The notes beneath the pieces are model-generated. The model was not told the DNA's origin and ran no database searches. It saw only the letters and a program-made list of their open reading frames with translations. This document shows, piece by piece, positions 24,626 through 37,745 of a stretch of DNA of 64,000 bases; the first letter of the stretch is position 1; the number at the start of each line of letters is the position of its first letter. The DNA lies in the NCBI RefSeq assembly GCF_030144855.1, contig NC_082707.1:135470001-135534000 (forward strand), written 5' to 3'. The translations under genes were made by a program, and so were the position numbers. The DNA is from Hypanus sabinus (taxonomy: Eukaryota).

Positions 24626-24838
24626 TTGTTAAGTATGTTGCTCAGCATGGTCATTTTCTCAGACTTTTATATTAAGGTTTACGTCTATGAATAATGGAAA
24701 AATACATTGGCCTGTCTGTTTAGTTTGTTGCAAAACAAAATGTTCCAGATTTTATTTTATGATTCAAAACTGCAGTATTTATTTTAAAAAACTGGCTGAT
24801 AAAATTTGAAAGGAATCTATGGACACAGTAAGAGGTAT

Positions 24839-25052
24839 TGTAGCGATGTGCTACACACAGCGCTGAAATAACGACACGCAGTCGGTTAGTCGTTTCGAGA
24901 CTAGTTTATTCAAACTTCACGGCGCTGGCATTTAATCCCAAGCACCTGCCCTCTCCGGGAGGAAATGATATCAGAGGTGCATTACCAAAGTCTCTCCCCA
25001 CGCACTGGCTATTTGTGAGCCAGTTCGCCTGCGCAGAAAGTGGGTTACCACA
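24839..25052 (-). repeat. 3' LTR
   Basis: TGTAGCG..CCACA; 15 substitutions versus the other LTR by manual comparison. Confidence 0.95.
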
Positions 25053-25066
25053 TAACCCGCCCCCCC
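25053..25066 (-). promoter_or_regulatory. Polypurine tract
   Basis: GGGGGGGCGGGTTA immediately before the 3' LTR on the minus strand. Confidence 0.85.
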
Positions 25067-28000
25067 AAACCGGCGATACACCCCCCAATGTCCACAGTCT
25101 GGATCAGTCTCTGTTTAGGCGGTCTGCCTCTGTGCCGCGGTGCCCGGACCTTGACCGGCTGCGCCAAGTCCACATGGGCTGGTTTGAATCAGTCCACCGT
25201 GAAAACCTCCTCTTTTCCCCCAATGTCCAGATCGTACGTGGACCCGTTGTTGCTGATCACCTTGAACGGTCCCTCATACGGCCGCTGTAGCAGTGCCCGG
25301 TGTCCGCCCCTTTGTACAAACACAAACTTACAGTTCTGCAGGTCTTTGGGTACATGGGTCGGGGTCCGTCTGTGCTGTGAAATCGGTAGGGGGCCAGGTT
25401 GCCGAGCCTTTCACGTAGCCTGTCCAGGACTGCTGCAGGTTCTTCCTCTTGCCCCCTTGGGGCTGGTATGAACTATCCTGGGACGGCCAGGGTGCACCGT
25501 ACACCAATTCGGCCGATGAGGCGTGCAGATCCTCTTTGGGCGCTGTGCGAATTCCAAGCAGAACCCAGGGAAGCTCGTCCACCCAGTTAGGTCCTCTCAG
25601 GCGGGCCATGAGAGCCGACTTCAAGTGACAGTGGAAGCGTTCCACTAGTCCATTTGACTGTGGGTGGTAGGCAGTTGTGTGGTGTAGCTGCATTCCCAAC
25701 AGGCTGGCCACAGCTGACCACAGGCTGGAGGTGAACTGGGCGCCTCTGTCGGAGGTAATGTGGGCCGGTACCCCAAAGCGTGCTACCCAGGTTGCGATCA
25801 GTGCTCGGGCGCAGGAATCGGCAGATGTGTCGGTGAGCAGGACCACCTCTGGCCACCTCGTGAACCGGTCTACCATAGTTAGGAGGTACCGCGCTCCTCA
25901 GGACACTGGTAGGGGGCCCACGATATCAACGTGAATGTGGTCGAACCTCCGGTGGGTGGGTTAGAACTGCTGCGGTGGGGCTTTAGTGTGTCGCTGCACC
26001 TTGGCTGTTTGGCACTGCACGCATGTTCTGGCCCATTCACTGACCTGCTTGGAAAGTCCGTGCCATGCAAACTTATAGGAGACCAGCCGGATGGTTGTCC
26101 TGATAGATGAGTGCGCCAAACCGTGTATGGAGTCAAAAACTCGCCGCCTCCTGGCTGCCGGGACGATGGGGCTAGGTTGACTGGTAGCCACGTCACACAA
26201 GAGGGTCCTCTTACCTGGGCCTACGAGAAAGTCCTGCAGCTGCAAACCCGAGACTGTGGTCTTGTAGCTGGGCATCTCGTCATCTGCCTGCTGTGCCTCT
26301 GCCAGTGCTGCATAGTCCACCCCCAGGGACAGGGCCTGGACAGCTGGTCTGGAGAGTGCATCCGCCATGACGCTGTCCTTCCCCGAGACATGCTGGATGT
26401 CCGTCGTGTACTCGGAGACATAGGACAGATATCGCTGCTGGCAAGCCGACCAGGGATCGGACACCTTCGTGAACACGAAGGTCAACGGCTTGTGGTCCAT
26501 GAACGTGGTGAACGGCCTGCCTTCCAAGAAGTACCTGAAATGCCGGATTGCCAGATACAGTGCCAACAGCTCCCGGTCGAGAGCACTGTACTTGCGGTGG
26601 GTGGGTGTAGGTGCTTGCTGAAGAATGCCAGGGGTTGCCAACACCCCTCGATGAGCTGCTCTGGCACCCCACCGACTGCTGTGTCAGATGCGTCCACCGT
26701 GAGTGTGGTCGGAACGTCCGTTCTGGGGTGCACCAGCATCGCAGCATCTGCCAAGGCTTCCTTGGCTTTAACAAAAGTGGCCGTGGCCTCTTCATCCCAA
26801 GTAATGTCCTTGCCCTTACCCAACAGCAGAGTGAACAAAGGGCGCATGATACGGGCTGCTGAGGGGAGGAAACGGTGGTAGAAGTTCACCATACCAACAA
26901 ACTCCTGCTGGCCTTTGACCGTGTTGGGCCGGGCAAAGTAGCGGATCACGTCTACCTTGGCGGGCAGAGGTGTTGCCCGGTCTTTGGTAATCCTGTGGCC
27001 CAGGAAGTCAATGGTGTCGAGTCCAAACTGGAATTTGGCCGGGTTGATCGTGAGGCCGAAATCACTCAGGCGGGAGTAGAGCTGGCGGAGGTGGGACAGA
27101 TGCTCTTGACGACTACTGCTGGCTATGAGGATGTCATCCAAATAGATGTACGCAAAGTCCAGGTCCCACCGCATCCATTAGCCACTGGAACGTCTGTGCA
27201 GCATTATTCAGGCTGAACGGCATTCGGAGGAACACGAACAGGCCGAATGGGGTGATGAGTGGTGTTTTGGAGATGTCTTCAGGGTGCACCGGGATTTGAT
27301 GGTATCCCTGGATGAGGTCTACTTTGGAAAAGATTCTTGCCCCGTGCAGGTTTGCTGCAAAGTCCTGTATGTGCAGCATGGAGCAGTGGTCTGGAGTTGT
27401 AGCCTCGTTCAGTCTGCGGTAGTCGCCGCATGGTCTCCAACCCCTGGCTGCTTTAGGCACCATGTGCAGGGGGAGGCCCATGGGCTGTCGGACCTCCGTA
27501 CGATCCCCAATTCCTCCATCCTCTTGAACTCCTCCTTCGCCAGGCGGAGCTTTTCCGGGGGGAGCCTTCGTGCGCGGGCGTGGAGGGGTGGTCCCTGGAT
27601 CGGGATGTGGTGCTGTACTCTGTCTGGGCATGGCTGCCATGAACTGCAGTGCCAGAATTGATGAAAAGTCTGCCAGGATTCTGGTGAATTCGTTGTCCGA
27701 CAACGTGATGGAGTCCAGGTGTGGGGCCGGCAACTTGGCTTCACCCAGGGAGAACATCTGGAAAATCTCGGCATGTACCAGTCTTTTCCCTTGCAAGTTG
27801 ACCAGCAGGCTGTGAGCTCTCAAGAAGTCCGCCCCCAGGAGTGGTTGGGCCACTGCGGCCAGTGTGAAGTCCCCCGTGAACCGGCTGGCGCCGAACTGCA
27901 GCTGCACTGTGCGGGTGCCGTAGGTCCATATCGTGCTGCAGTTTGCAGCCCTCAGGGTGGGTCCTGGCTTCCTGCTGCGGGTGTCGTACCCCCTCGGGGG

Positions 28001-28802
28001 CAAGACGCTGATTTCCGCTCCAGTGTCAACCAAGAAGCGGCGTCCCAACTGTTTGCCCCAGACGTACAAAAGGCTGTCCTGGTGGCCAGCCGCCATAGTC
28101 ATTAGCGGCAGCTGGCCCTGGCCCTGGCCCTTGCAGGGTGGGCGACAATGGCTGGCTTTTATGCCCCACTGCTGGTGGTAGAAACACCACTGTTCACTGA
28201 CCTCCTCACTCCTGCCTCTGTGTTGTGTGCGCCCCCCAGCCGGGCCTGGTCTGGTCCGTTGTTGGGCGCGTGGCCTGGTAATCCGACCGACGGACGCCAC
28301 GCTCTCCCTCTTGGCTTCCCACAGCACGTCTGCCTGGGGCGTCACCTTCCGGGGGTCGCTGAAATCTGCGTCGGCCAGCAGCAGATGTATGTCCTCGGGC
28401 AGTCGCTCTAGGAACACCTGCTCAAACATAAGACAGGGCTTGTGTACCGTCGGCCAGGGCCAGCATCTCGTTCATCAATGCTGACGGCAGCTTGTCTCCC
28501 AAACCATCCAGGTGAAGCAGGCGGGCACCTCGCTCAGGCCGTGAGAGGCCAAAGATCTCAATGAGCAGCGCCTTGAATGCTTCATATTTGCCTTCTTCCA
28601 GGGGCGACTGTATGAAATCCGCAACCTGGGCAGCCGTCTCCTGGTCAAGGGCGCTCACCACGTGGTAGTAATGCGTGGAATCAGAGGATATCTGCCGAAT
28701 CTGGAACTGGGCTTCTGCTTGGCTAAACCACACGTGTGGTCGCAGCGTCCAGAAAGTCGGCAGTTTTAGTGAAACTGTGTGAACAGATGAAGCGTCGGTC
28801 AT
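25055..28802 (-). pseudogene. gag-pol: gag-pol polyprotein, frameshifted
   Basis: Gag SLKLPTFW..WFSQAEAQF; protease FLVDTGAEIS; RT YIYLDDILI; RNase H TVDASD..YSALDRELLA; integrase H..H..CVQCQ and HTTAYHPQSNGLVERFH; spread over several frames. Confidence 0.93.
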
Positions 28803-28826
28803 CTTTGGTCCAAATCCTGTTTGGAC

Positions 28827-28840
28827 CGTCGGGGTCACCA
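28827..28840 (-). promoter_or_regulatory. Primer-binding site, tRNA-Trp
   Basis: TGGTGACCCCGACG, complementary to the vertebrate tRNA-Trp 3' end ..CGUCGGGGUCACCA, 1 nt from the LTR. Confidence 0.85.
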
Positions 28841-28841
28841 A

Positions 28842-29055
28842 TGTAGCGATGTGCTACACACAGCGCTGAAATAACGACACGCAGTCGGTAAGTCGTTTCG
28901 AGACTAGTTTATTCAAACTTCGCGGCGTTGGCATTTAATCCCTAGCGCCCGCCCTCTCCGGGTGGAAATGACATCAGAGGTGCATTACCAAAGTCTCCCC
29001 CTGCGCACTGGCTATTTGTGAGCCAGTTCGCCTTCGCAGGAAGTGGGTCGCCACA
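28842..29055 (-). repeat. 5' LTR
   Basis: Direct repeat of 24839-25052; AATAAA on the minus strand. Confidence 0.95.
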
Positions 29056-30939
29056 GTATAACTGTATTTGTTCATACAATCAGAGAAACTTCATCAGCCC
29101 AGACATCAGTGGTACATGTAAGTTTGTTTCACAATGGTTTTATTCTCATCTCTAGTTCACACTGTGGGCTGAGGCGTCAAGGTCAGTGGGAGCTCTTCCA
29201 AATCTGTTAAACCAAAGTGGGTGTGGGAGAGGGTTTCCCTCAACACATCAAAAATATTGCCAGTTAGAAGCCAAAGTTAATCTATTGATGGATATCACTA
29301 AAACTTGGGTGATCATTTCATTCGTTTTTTTATATATTGTAACCTACCACATCCCATTGATTCAAGAGGCTTTTAGTTACTTATGGAACCCGCACTTCAG
29401 AGAGCCAACTGCTGCCTTCTGAGGTGCATTTGGATACTTTGAGGATAGGACAGAATGGTTACCAGCACAAGTTCTTTTTTACATTACTTTTGTTACCTGA
29501 CCCTGTGAAACACCAGAGGATGCTTTCCTCATTTATACATCTGACTAAATTAGCTCAAGGATCTGACCACAAAGACAAGTGTTGCATTTTTAAATTTGCT
29601 GCACAGTTCTCCATGGAGGCATAGGAATGGTGGGCACAGGATTAGTGACGTGGACTGCAGCTGGAATGCATGAGAAGGAAGCACCTCTCCTACTAGGGTG
29701 CATCAAGCAGGGGAGGGGAGACATAGTGGATGAATATTAGAAGGGTGGCACTGTGAGTGTTAAACAAGAGGAGATGTGGTCAGGGGTTGGAGAGGAGAAG
29801 CTGTAGTTCTAGATTTTTTTGGGATGTATTATGGTTGAAGGACTTTGGACTGAGTGCCTTTCAGATTAGCGGATCAGAGAGCTGGCTGAATATTACAGTG
29901 AAGAAGTTTGCGCAGTGCCCAGATTGGGTAGGATAAAGGATCTACTGTACAGTTGCAATTTATTTGTAGCTCTCCCAGTCTGGCGTTGTGGCTGAAGATC
30001 ATGTCATCATAGGCGGGCCTAATGATGTCTATCCCCATAGCAATATGGTGCAATTCAGCTGAGATTGTGTCCTCCCTTGCACATACAACAGTTCTTTCAT
30101 ATCAGTCACAGCAGGAGATGCGCCATCAAATTTTCCCAGTGCTGAAAAATGACTCGAATTTGTTCATTATCTTGCTTTATTGAAAAATGGGGAAAAAATC
30201 ATGTACATGGTACTGAAAGTAATATGAAGCAAATCAATTTCCAGGCAATTGTAATTAGGAGATACAAAATACATACCAGCTGTCACAAGATGATTTATGA
30301 AAAAATATTTGGATTGTTGTGTGCACCTTACTCACAATGCAAATAGCAACAACATATAATCTTGGGGCGTGCCTGTTTTGCACATTCCACCAAGGACCAC
30401 ATCCTGGGAGATTCAAACCAGGAGACAGCAACACTAGAGGAAGAGAAATACTTATCACCCAGATTTTTGCATATTTAGTTTTATTGATTACAAGTTATTA
30501 AATGAATGTATATGAGGGATACAATGAAGTTCCCTAGTTTGAAGGGATTACAATTTCAGGCACTGAACACTGGTCCAGGGATCCCAGAAAGAGAATGCTG
30601 ACAGACCTGAGGCTTTGTTGACTGTCAAAGTGCATGTTCACTGATTAGGTGAGCATGCAAAAGGTTGTGGTGTGTGGACATTGCTGGTTGAGGGCACGTG
30701 GTGTATTGCCAAATTAAAGAGTTGGATAAGAGTGGACGGGGGAAGTGTCAGCCTGAGCCAATTGCTGGGTTAAGTGGGAAGAAAAGCTTTTGGGACCATG
30801 GAGCGGGGAGGTGCCCAAAGGAAGACTTGTAAATGTACGAGTTCTTTAAGGGAATTTTCAATGTAAATCTTTGCATTAGTGCCTTGTCATATTGGAAATG
30901 TCCAAATGTGGTCACTGCTGGGATATGTGTTTCAGTTTC

Positions 30940-31030
30940 ATCCATAAGAAAAGATCTCAACCCAAAGCATCAACTGTCCATTTCTCTCTGCAGATGTCAT
31001 ATGACCTGCAGAGTTCCTCCATCATTTGGA
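30940..31030 (+). mobile_element. Old PLE terminal fragment
   Basis: ..CATCAACTGTCCATTTCTCTCTGCAGATG..GAGTTCCTCCATCATTT. Confidence 0.55.
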
Positions 31031-32029
31031 AAGTCTTAGGCAGCTCAATGCCTTCCACAGCAAAGCGGATCCCACGTGTTCCAGCATAACTTTCTCAAGA
31101 GTATTAGGACCTTTCTTCACATGCCAGCAATGTTTACATTTCATAAATATATGAAAAAGAAGCCATGGAGAGGTGAGCCAGGAGCCATTCTTTTCCTTAT
31201 AGTTCAGAATGCTGCTCTTTCTTCTCGTGTGATTCACCAATGTTTACAAATGTTAAATGATTCCTCGGTGCTTCTGACTGGATCTGGAATTTGTTGAGTG
31301 CATATTGTGAAATCTGACAAACTAGTCATTTAAACCATTTTAAACAACATTTCAACAAAATTGTTCCTCAGAGGTATTCTTGGGATTTGATCAGGTAGTG
31401 AAATGGCTGCCATTTATTTCAAAATAATTCCTTTGGATCCCTTCTTGTGGCTGTTGGCATATTTGGCAACCATTTTTTCACTGATCTGAATCATTTAATT
31501 TCTGAACTTGAAGCCTTCTTTTTCAGCTCAAAAACTTGAATATCAGAATTTCCTAAACTCTATAAATTAGCCCTTACACTTGAGTATATCAAATTTAATT
31601 GTGCAATAAGCACTAGAACACGGCACATCATCACAGTAGCTTGTTCTATTACTTGAACTATTGACTGCTGCTCCTTTCTCTACCAGACACTCTAACTCTA
31701 GCAAATTGTTTATGATTTAGCAGTCAAAGGATAATAAATGTTGGCTATGCCAATGATCTCCATATCCTGTCAACTAAAGAAAATAAAAACAAACAATTTA
31801 TTGCAAAAACAAAAACATTATGCTGTTATCTTTGATCTATAATTATTTCCTCTGAGGAGTTCAATGTTTTGACCCACTACAATTTTCCTGTGTAACTCAA
31901 ACTTTTACCATATTCCCATTTCCCTTTATCTGGCATTTAACCACAACTGCTTTTATCTCAATTTTCGTGTTTTCATATTTTCCTTACAAGTTAATGTCTG
32001 TTCTCAAAACAACCTCATCAATACAATTC

Positions 32030-32290
32030 CACTACTTATTTCCACATGATTACTCTCTCTCTCACACAGGCCAATCAACTCCTGCACCCTCCTACATGAG
32101 CAGCAATTTGCAATAGCCAATTGGCCTATCAAATGACATGTCTTTGGGATGTGAAAAAAAACTGGAGCACCCAAGGAAACCCATGTGGTCACATGAAGAA
32201 TGTTCAAATGCCACACGGACAGCAGCAGAGATCGGGATAGAATCTGGGTACCTGGAAATGAGCGGAAGCAGAGTAACCTGTTGTCTAGTT
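32030..32290 (-). mobile_element. V-domain SINE
   Basis: Antisense V-domain GTCTTTGGGATGTG..AACTGGAGCACCCAAGGAAACCCA. Confidence 0.7.
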
Positions 32291-32769
32291 TCTCCCTAGT
32301 TGTTTTCAGTATCCCATTATTTACAGTAAAACATGATTATAAGAGCGCCTGCTTCAACCAGCAATGCTACAGAGTAAAAATGGCCTTCTGCTGCTATATG
32401 GCAGTATGAAAGAAACCAAATCAATTGTGGTTCACTGCATTCTGTACAGCTGCAAGACCAATTGCACATAAGAACAAACAGGAGATGTGTGGTTCAGTAA
32501 TGACAGAGCAATATTAAGAGAACATAGGAGAGCTGCCATGCAAATTTGTTCAGTGCACTCATTAAATTCCAGTCCTAACTGCACCAACATTGTGAGCAAA
32601 TGAAACAGCATATATAGCATTTCTTTCAGCAGAATTCTGTGTCGTCAATCTGCTGTACCTCAACCTGTCCAGCACGGATTACACCGATTGCAAAGGAAGC
32701 CAGGGAACAGGGGAGACTGAAAACTTTAGAGAAGGAATTCTAAAGATATAAGGATGTTTAAATGCACAA

Positions 32770-33600
32770 CCATTATTGGAAGAGAGTCAAGAGAGACAGA
32801 AGTGGGTAACAGTTTAGAAAAAGAATTAAGAATTTAGAAAAAGGATTAAGTAAAGGACAGAAAGCAAGAAGAATCTGAAAAGTGTAATTAGAATAGCCAA
32901 GAAGGATGGATCTGTCAGGATCTACCGTGACTTTAAGGTCAACATCAACCCAGTACTGAAAGTAGATCAATATCCTCTGACCAGGATACAGGATATCTAT
33001 GCAAACCTTTCTAGAGGAAAACACTTCAGCAAAGTGGACTTAGCGGAGGCCTACCTACAAATGGAAATGGAAAAAGAGACCGAAGTGTTTCTCACCACAC
33101 TCACCAAGGGTCTTATCACCATAACAGGCTTACTTTTGGAGCAACATCTACACCTGCAATCTGGCAGAAAGCTATGGAGCTGGTGCTGCAAGGCTGCCCA
33201 GGCACAGTGTTACCTGGATGACATCATTGTTTCCAGTGAGGATGACAAGGAACATCTCCAAAATATTAAGGCAGTGATAAAAAGGTTAGAAGGTTGTGGG
33301 CTCAGAGCACAACAGGACAAATGCAAATTCTTGAACCTAAGCATCACTTACTGCAGTCATACCATTGATGCACGAGTTTACACATGTGCTGAGAAAATTC
33401 AAGGAGTGGTGAATGACAAAGGCCAAAGGACGTGTCACAGTTGTGGCCCATTTTAAGATTTGTCAATTACTATAACAGGTCCCTGCCAAACCTGGCTACT
33501 GTTCTCCACATTTTGAACTGATTACCACAGATTGGGAAGAAATGGCCATTGGCAAAGCAGTGCGAGGTGGCTTTCCAAAAGGGAAAGGAAATGGTGAGCA
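32770..33600 (+). mobile_element. pol: Degenerate Gypsy pol (RT) fragment
   Basis: KKDGSVRIYRDFKVNINPVLKVDQYPL..FSKVDLAEAYLQ..CYLDDIIV; frameshifted, no LTRs seen. Confidence 0.85.
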
Positions 33601-33709
33601 CCTCACTAAAAGAAACACTGTGGAAACATTATTCTGGCCCCTGTGTTTTTCTTTTGATTAGTTTCTGGAGTTCCAAGACATTAAAATTCCTCAAACCCTC
33701 TTCCTTTTA

Positions 33710-33845
33710 GAAACACAAGAGACTGCAGATGCTGGAATGAGGAGTAATAAACAAGATACTAGAAGAACTCAACAGGTCAAGCAGCACCTGTGGAGGGAAA
33801 TGGACAGTTGATTCTTTGGGTTGAGACCTTTCACGTGAATGAAAC
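33710..33845 (-). mobile_element. PLE terminal fragment
   Basis: ACAAGAGACTGCAGATGCTGGAAT..GAACTCAACAGGTCAAGCAGCA. Confidence 0.65.
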
Positions 33846-34074
33846 TGGGATATATATCCAGGAGTGACCGCAATCATTCTTTTCCAATATGACTAGTGAT
33901 GTTTAGCCTCAAGGCTCTTCATCTGGGATCAATAATTTCAAGCTGATGCTAAATGTTAACATCAGCATGGTGTACTTATGTACATCTGCCATGATCTGCC
34001 AAGGACCAATCTCCCAGTAGATTTTATTATGGTCTTTATTGTAATTTTATACCTCCAACAACCATAAGGCCACT

Positions 34075-34325
34075 GAACCACTGTAAATAACGTCAATCAT
34101 TACTACACTGAACTGATTCTATGAGCTACAGATTCAAATTTACAATTCTTCTACTCAGTATTTTTTATTTGCGTATTGGTTGTTTATTCATTTTTGTTTT
34201 TATGTAGGTTTTTTCTGAAATGCTATCGTATTTCTTTATCTTTCCTGTAAATGTCTGCAAGAAAATGGATCTCAAGGTAGCATATGGCAACATATACAAC
34301 TTTGATAATAAATTAACTTTGAACA
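34075..34325 (+). mobile_element. Rex1/Babar-type 3' UTR and tail
   Basis: GATCTCAAGGTAGCATATGGCAACATATAC..CTTTGATAATAAATTAACTTTGAAC, matching the tail at 12127. Confidence 0.65.
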
Positions 34326-34399
34326 TCAACAATATCTGATTCATTTGAATTACATTACTTTGAGATTTATGGCTTGCTTCAAAAGGGCTTTGCTCTCAA

Positions 34400-35120
34400 G
34401 TTAAAATGTCTGCTGTCTTTGTACTAAAAACCTGATGTAGATCCATACAACAGTGTGTTTCTTCCACAGAACTGACCTTGACAGGGACCAGGAATTCTGT
34501 GTTCAACTGACAGTCTGAATCAGACATCTCTAAATAACTCACTTCACATGCTCCATGAATTTCTGATTTAATTTCATTGCCCCTTTTTTGAAATAATTTT
34601 ATGATCCATATCACATTCATAATTTCCCTCCAAATTTGGCTGTTTGCTTTTCCATAGCTCATATTGTTGACCACAATGCCTGAAATATCTAAGCTATATT
34701 TTCCTGTTTTGTCTCTTACCCTGTGCTTTACTGTAACACTGGCTTCTGTTGGTCCTCTAATATTTACATCCTGATTTTTGATAGTTCTTCAGCTTTGCAT
34801 ATGTTTATGCAACTCTTCTTCCAAGGATATGATTCATATCAGCAAGTCCTTCAAATTTCTGAAGTTGCAGTCATCCACTCACAATCTTAGATCCATTAAG
34901 AAAGTATCAAAAGTTTCTCCTGTCCCTGGCCGTATGTAAAGAATTGATAACAGCTAATGTTAAGTTTCTGGTTACACTGCACTCAGAATGAAAACAATAC
35001 GTTCTTTAATCTCTTGAGGGATTTTATGGTGTGATACAAATCTTGCAATTTATGACACATACAGGTACAATGTTGCCTTTACTTTTACTCCTCTGTTACT
35101 AGCTCCGTGTAAACTCTTCC
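34400..35120 (-). mobile_element. Highly decayed Gypsy gag(-protease) remnant
   Basis: Minus strand gives YQFFTYGQG, GETFDTFLMDL and DCNFRNLKDLLI, the same gag signature as 346-567. Confidence 0.5.
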
Positions 35121-35884
35121 CTCCATTCCCTTCATTCTTTTGACAGATTATTCACCTAGATATCTCATGACTCAACCCTTTATTTGTTCTATCATCAACT
35201 ATCTCAGTTGACTCATGTGGCTTGCTGTCTCTTGGCAAATATCCACAATGTTATCTCAGGTATAAACATGCTCACAGTCTGGAATCCTATTTCAGGAACA
35301 ACGCCCATATTTAATAGTTTTATCAACTATTCCAATCCTTATATTCTGTCTCAGTAGCTACTCTCATTAATTCTGTAGGAAACTGAAGGATATTCGATAA
35401 TTTAAACTAATAAACCAAGGAAATTTATTTGTTAAATAATTTATACTGTACAAAGAAGGTTTTTACATGGATTTTTAAAGTTTACCACACTAAAACCCTT
35501 CAGCAATGCTACTCACATGGTCAACATCGAAGGAGCCAAAGCCTATCCAATGGAGGGAATTGAGAAGGCAGAAGACTGGAAAACTAGAGGTCATCCATTC
35601 AGTGCTGATGAGAATAATCAAGAAATTAAAATTGTTTTTATTTACTGCTTGATTGAAAACCCAGTTGCTAAATTACCTGCCTCAGTTCTGTGTTCCTGCT
35701 TGACAATGTTCCTTGGGAAGCTGGGTTATTCAGAGTTTACACGATTATACCTTTAACTAACTTTAGGTGCCAAATTTAATCTTTCTGGCAGGGAACGGAT
35801 CATGCTTAATGGAACAGTTTGTCCCCTGAAAGGTTACAATTGGTGTTGCTCTGTAAACATAACCAGGCTTCACTCATTGGCTCT

Positions 35885-36135
35885 TAGACCAGAAACAGGA
35901 GCAGAATTAGGCCATTCAGCCATCAAGTCTGCTCCACCATTCCATCATGCTTGATTTATTTTCCTTCTCAACCCTATTCTCCTGCCTTCCCTTGACACAA
36001 TTACTATTCGGGAATCTATCAACTTCCACTTTAAATTTACCTGATGACTTTGCCTCCACACATTCACTACCCCATGGCTAAAGAATTTCCATATCCCTGT
36101 TCTAAAGGGACATCTTTCTATTCTGAGGCTGTGCT
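35885..36135 (-). mobile_element. CR1 3' end
   Basis: HSLRIERCPFRTG..FFSHGVVNVW; 3' UTR like 62400-62460. Confidence 0.8.
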
Positions 36136-37209
36136 CAAACACCTTCTACTTGGCAATAGTAAATACACTCACTTCTGCCCCCTGACTCCCTCAGCCTGTT
36201 TCCTTACAGCTACAGTGTTTCTAAATGAATGAAAATGCACACTCAGTGCTGATGACCAAGCTACAACCAATGTTTACCCTTGTGTGTGGAACTCTTCTAG
36301 AGAGCACATCACTGTTTTAGAGTCTAAGTTCTGTGTGCCAAACTTCATGTGGAGGCTTATCCACATTTCCAACCAGGATTCTGTGCAGAAGGCGATGTAA
36401 AATCTGTACCTTGCTCCACCCTGGCACTACCTCCAAAATGTGTTATATGTTTGAATGAAAAATTATTGTACCTTTTCAGCCAACAACTGAATAAATAAAT
36501 TACCAATGGGAAAATAATCCTGGCAAAATTCCTAGCAAAATATTAATTCTAAATTTGGATGAATTGAGTAACAATTTCTGCTAAACATAAAGATAAATGT
36601 AGGAAAATTATAAAGTTGGTCATTAATGTGTGGACTTGTTGAGTAATTAAGAATTAAGACTTAATCAGCATTGCATTTCACTTGACATGTGAATTATCTG
36701 GAACTCTTAATATTCAGAATGTTAATCATTCAGGGCAATTCTTAGTATTTAACTTTTCCTCCAAGCTGGTGTATGCCTTATTATTACCAGCAAAGCTGAA
36801 GATTAATTCTTGCGTTTCCTTTAGTCAAATGTTGGCACTCAGACTTCAGTAAGGGTTTAACTATTGTTATAACATGAGCCGATCTTGAGAGCTCCAACTC
36901 GCGTGTAAATATTGTGGCATGCCCACCCTCTGACCTTGTGCTGTGTGACATTTCAGAATCAACAGCTGGCTTTAGTTGGTCTTAACTCTTGGAGTTAGGA
37001 GTGGATATTACAGAGCTATGGCCACAATGAGAGAATTCACTAAGGCTAAAAGATCTCAAACACGCACACGTGCATTCATATATGAGCACAAGTATGCACA
37101 TAGACATTGATATTCATTTAGGAAAGAATGGGAGCCAGTTACATAAATGTGAGGATGTTCATTGAACAGCCATGTGTGTAGACCTTTCTTTTGACATGCT
37201 GATTGATGA

Positions 37210-37745
37210 GAACATATGAAGTAAGAGCAGGTGCAGGCCATTTGACCCCCTCAAACCTGCTCTACAATCCAATAAGATCAACTCCACTTTCCTGCCTGCT
37301 CACTATAATCCTTATTTGCCTTTAAAGTCTGATAATCCATCTGTCTCATCTTCAAAAGTGCTTAACTATTCAACTTCCACTGCTAAATTCCCCCACCAGG
37401 TGAAACATTCTCTCAACATATGCCCTGTCAGGCCCCCTCACAATCTTCTGCATTTCAATAAGGTATCTTCTTGTTCTTCTAAACTCCAGTGAAGCTGAGC
37501 TCAATCTGCTTTATCTTTAGTCATAAACTCATAAAATAAACCCATACCTGGAACCAATCTTCTCTGCAGTGCCTCGAAGGCAAGAGTATGTTTTTTTTCA
37601 ATCAGAAAACAAAGTTATGCAGAGAACTCCTATTGCATTCTCACTGAAATCCTATACAAATGGATCAAAATTTTCTTAATTTTGTACTGTATCTCCTTTT
37701 TAATAAAACTAAATACTCCTTTTGACTTTCACATTACATGCTGCA
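37210..37745 (-). mobile_element. Old CR1 3' fragment
   Basis: AGAACATATGAAGTAAGAGCAGGTGCAGGCCATT tail plus decayed C-terminal coding similarity. Confidence 0.6.

Larger units (their letters stand above)
24839..29055 (-). mobile_element. Complete Ty3/Gypsy LTR retrotransposon (4217 bp), coding region decayed
   Basis: Two 214-bp TG..CA LTRs, GTAT TSD (24835-24838 and 29056-29059), PBS, PPT, domain order gag-PR-RT-RH-IN. Confidence 0.97.

Noticed and set aside
26111-26881. 256-aa plus-strand ORF and other overlapping ORFs in 25000-28500
   Set aside because: Antisense shadows of the GC-rich Gypsy pol.
29083-29122. Possible 34-nt exon ending at GTAAGT next to the Gypsy LTR
   Set aside because: Poor pyrimidine tract, weak exonic donor context, and length not frame-preserving.
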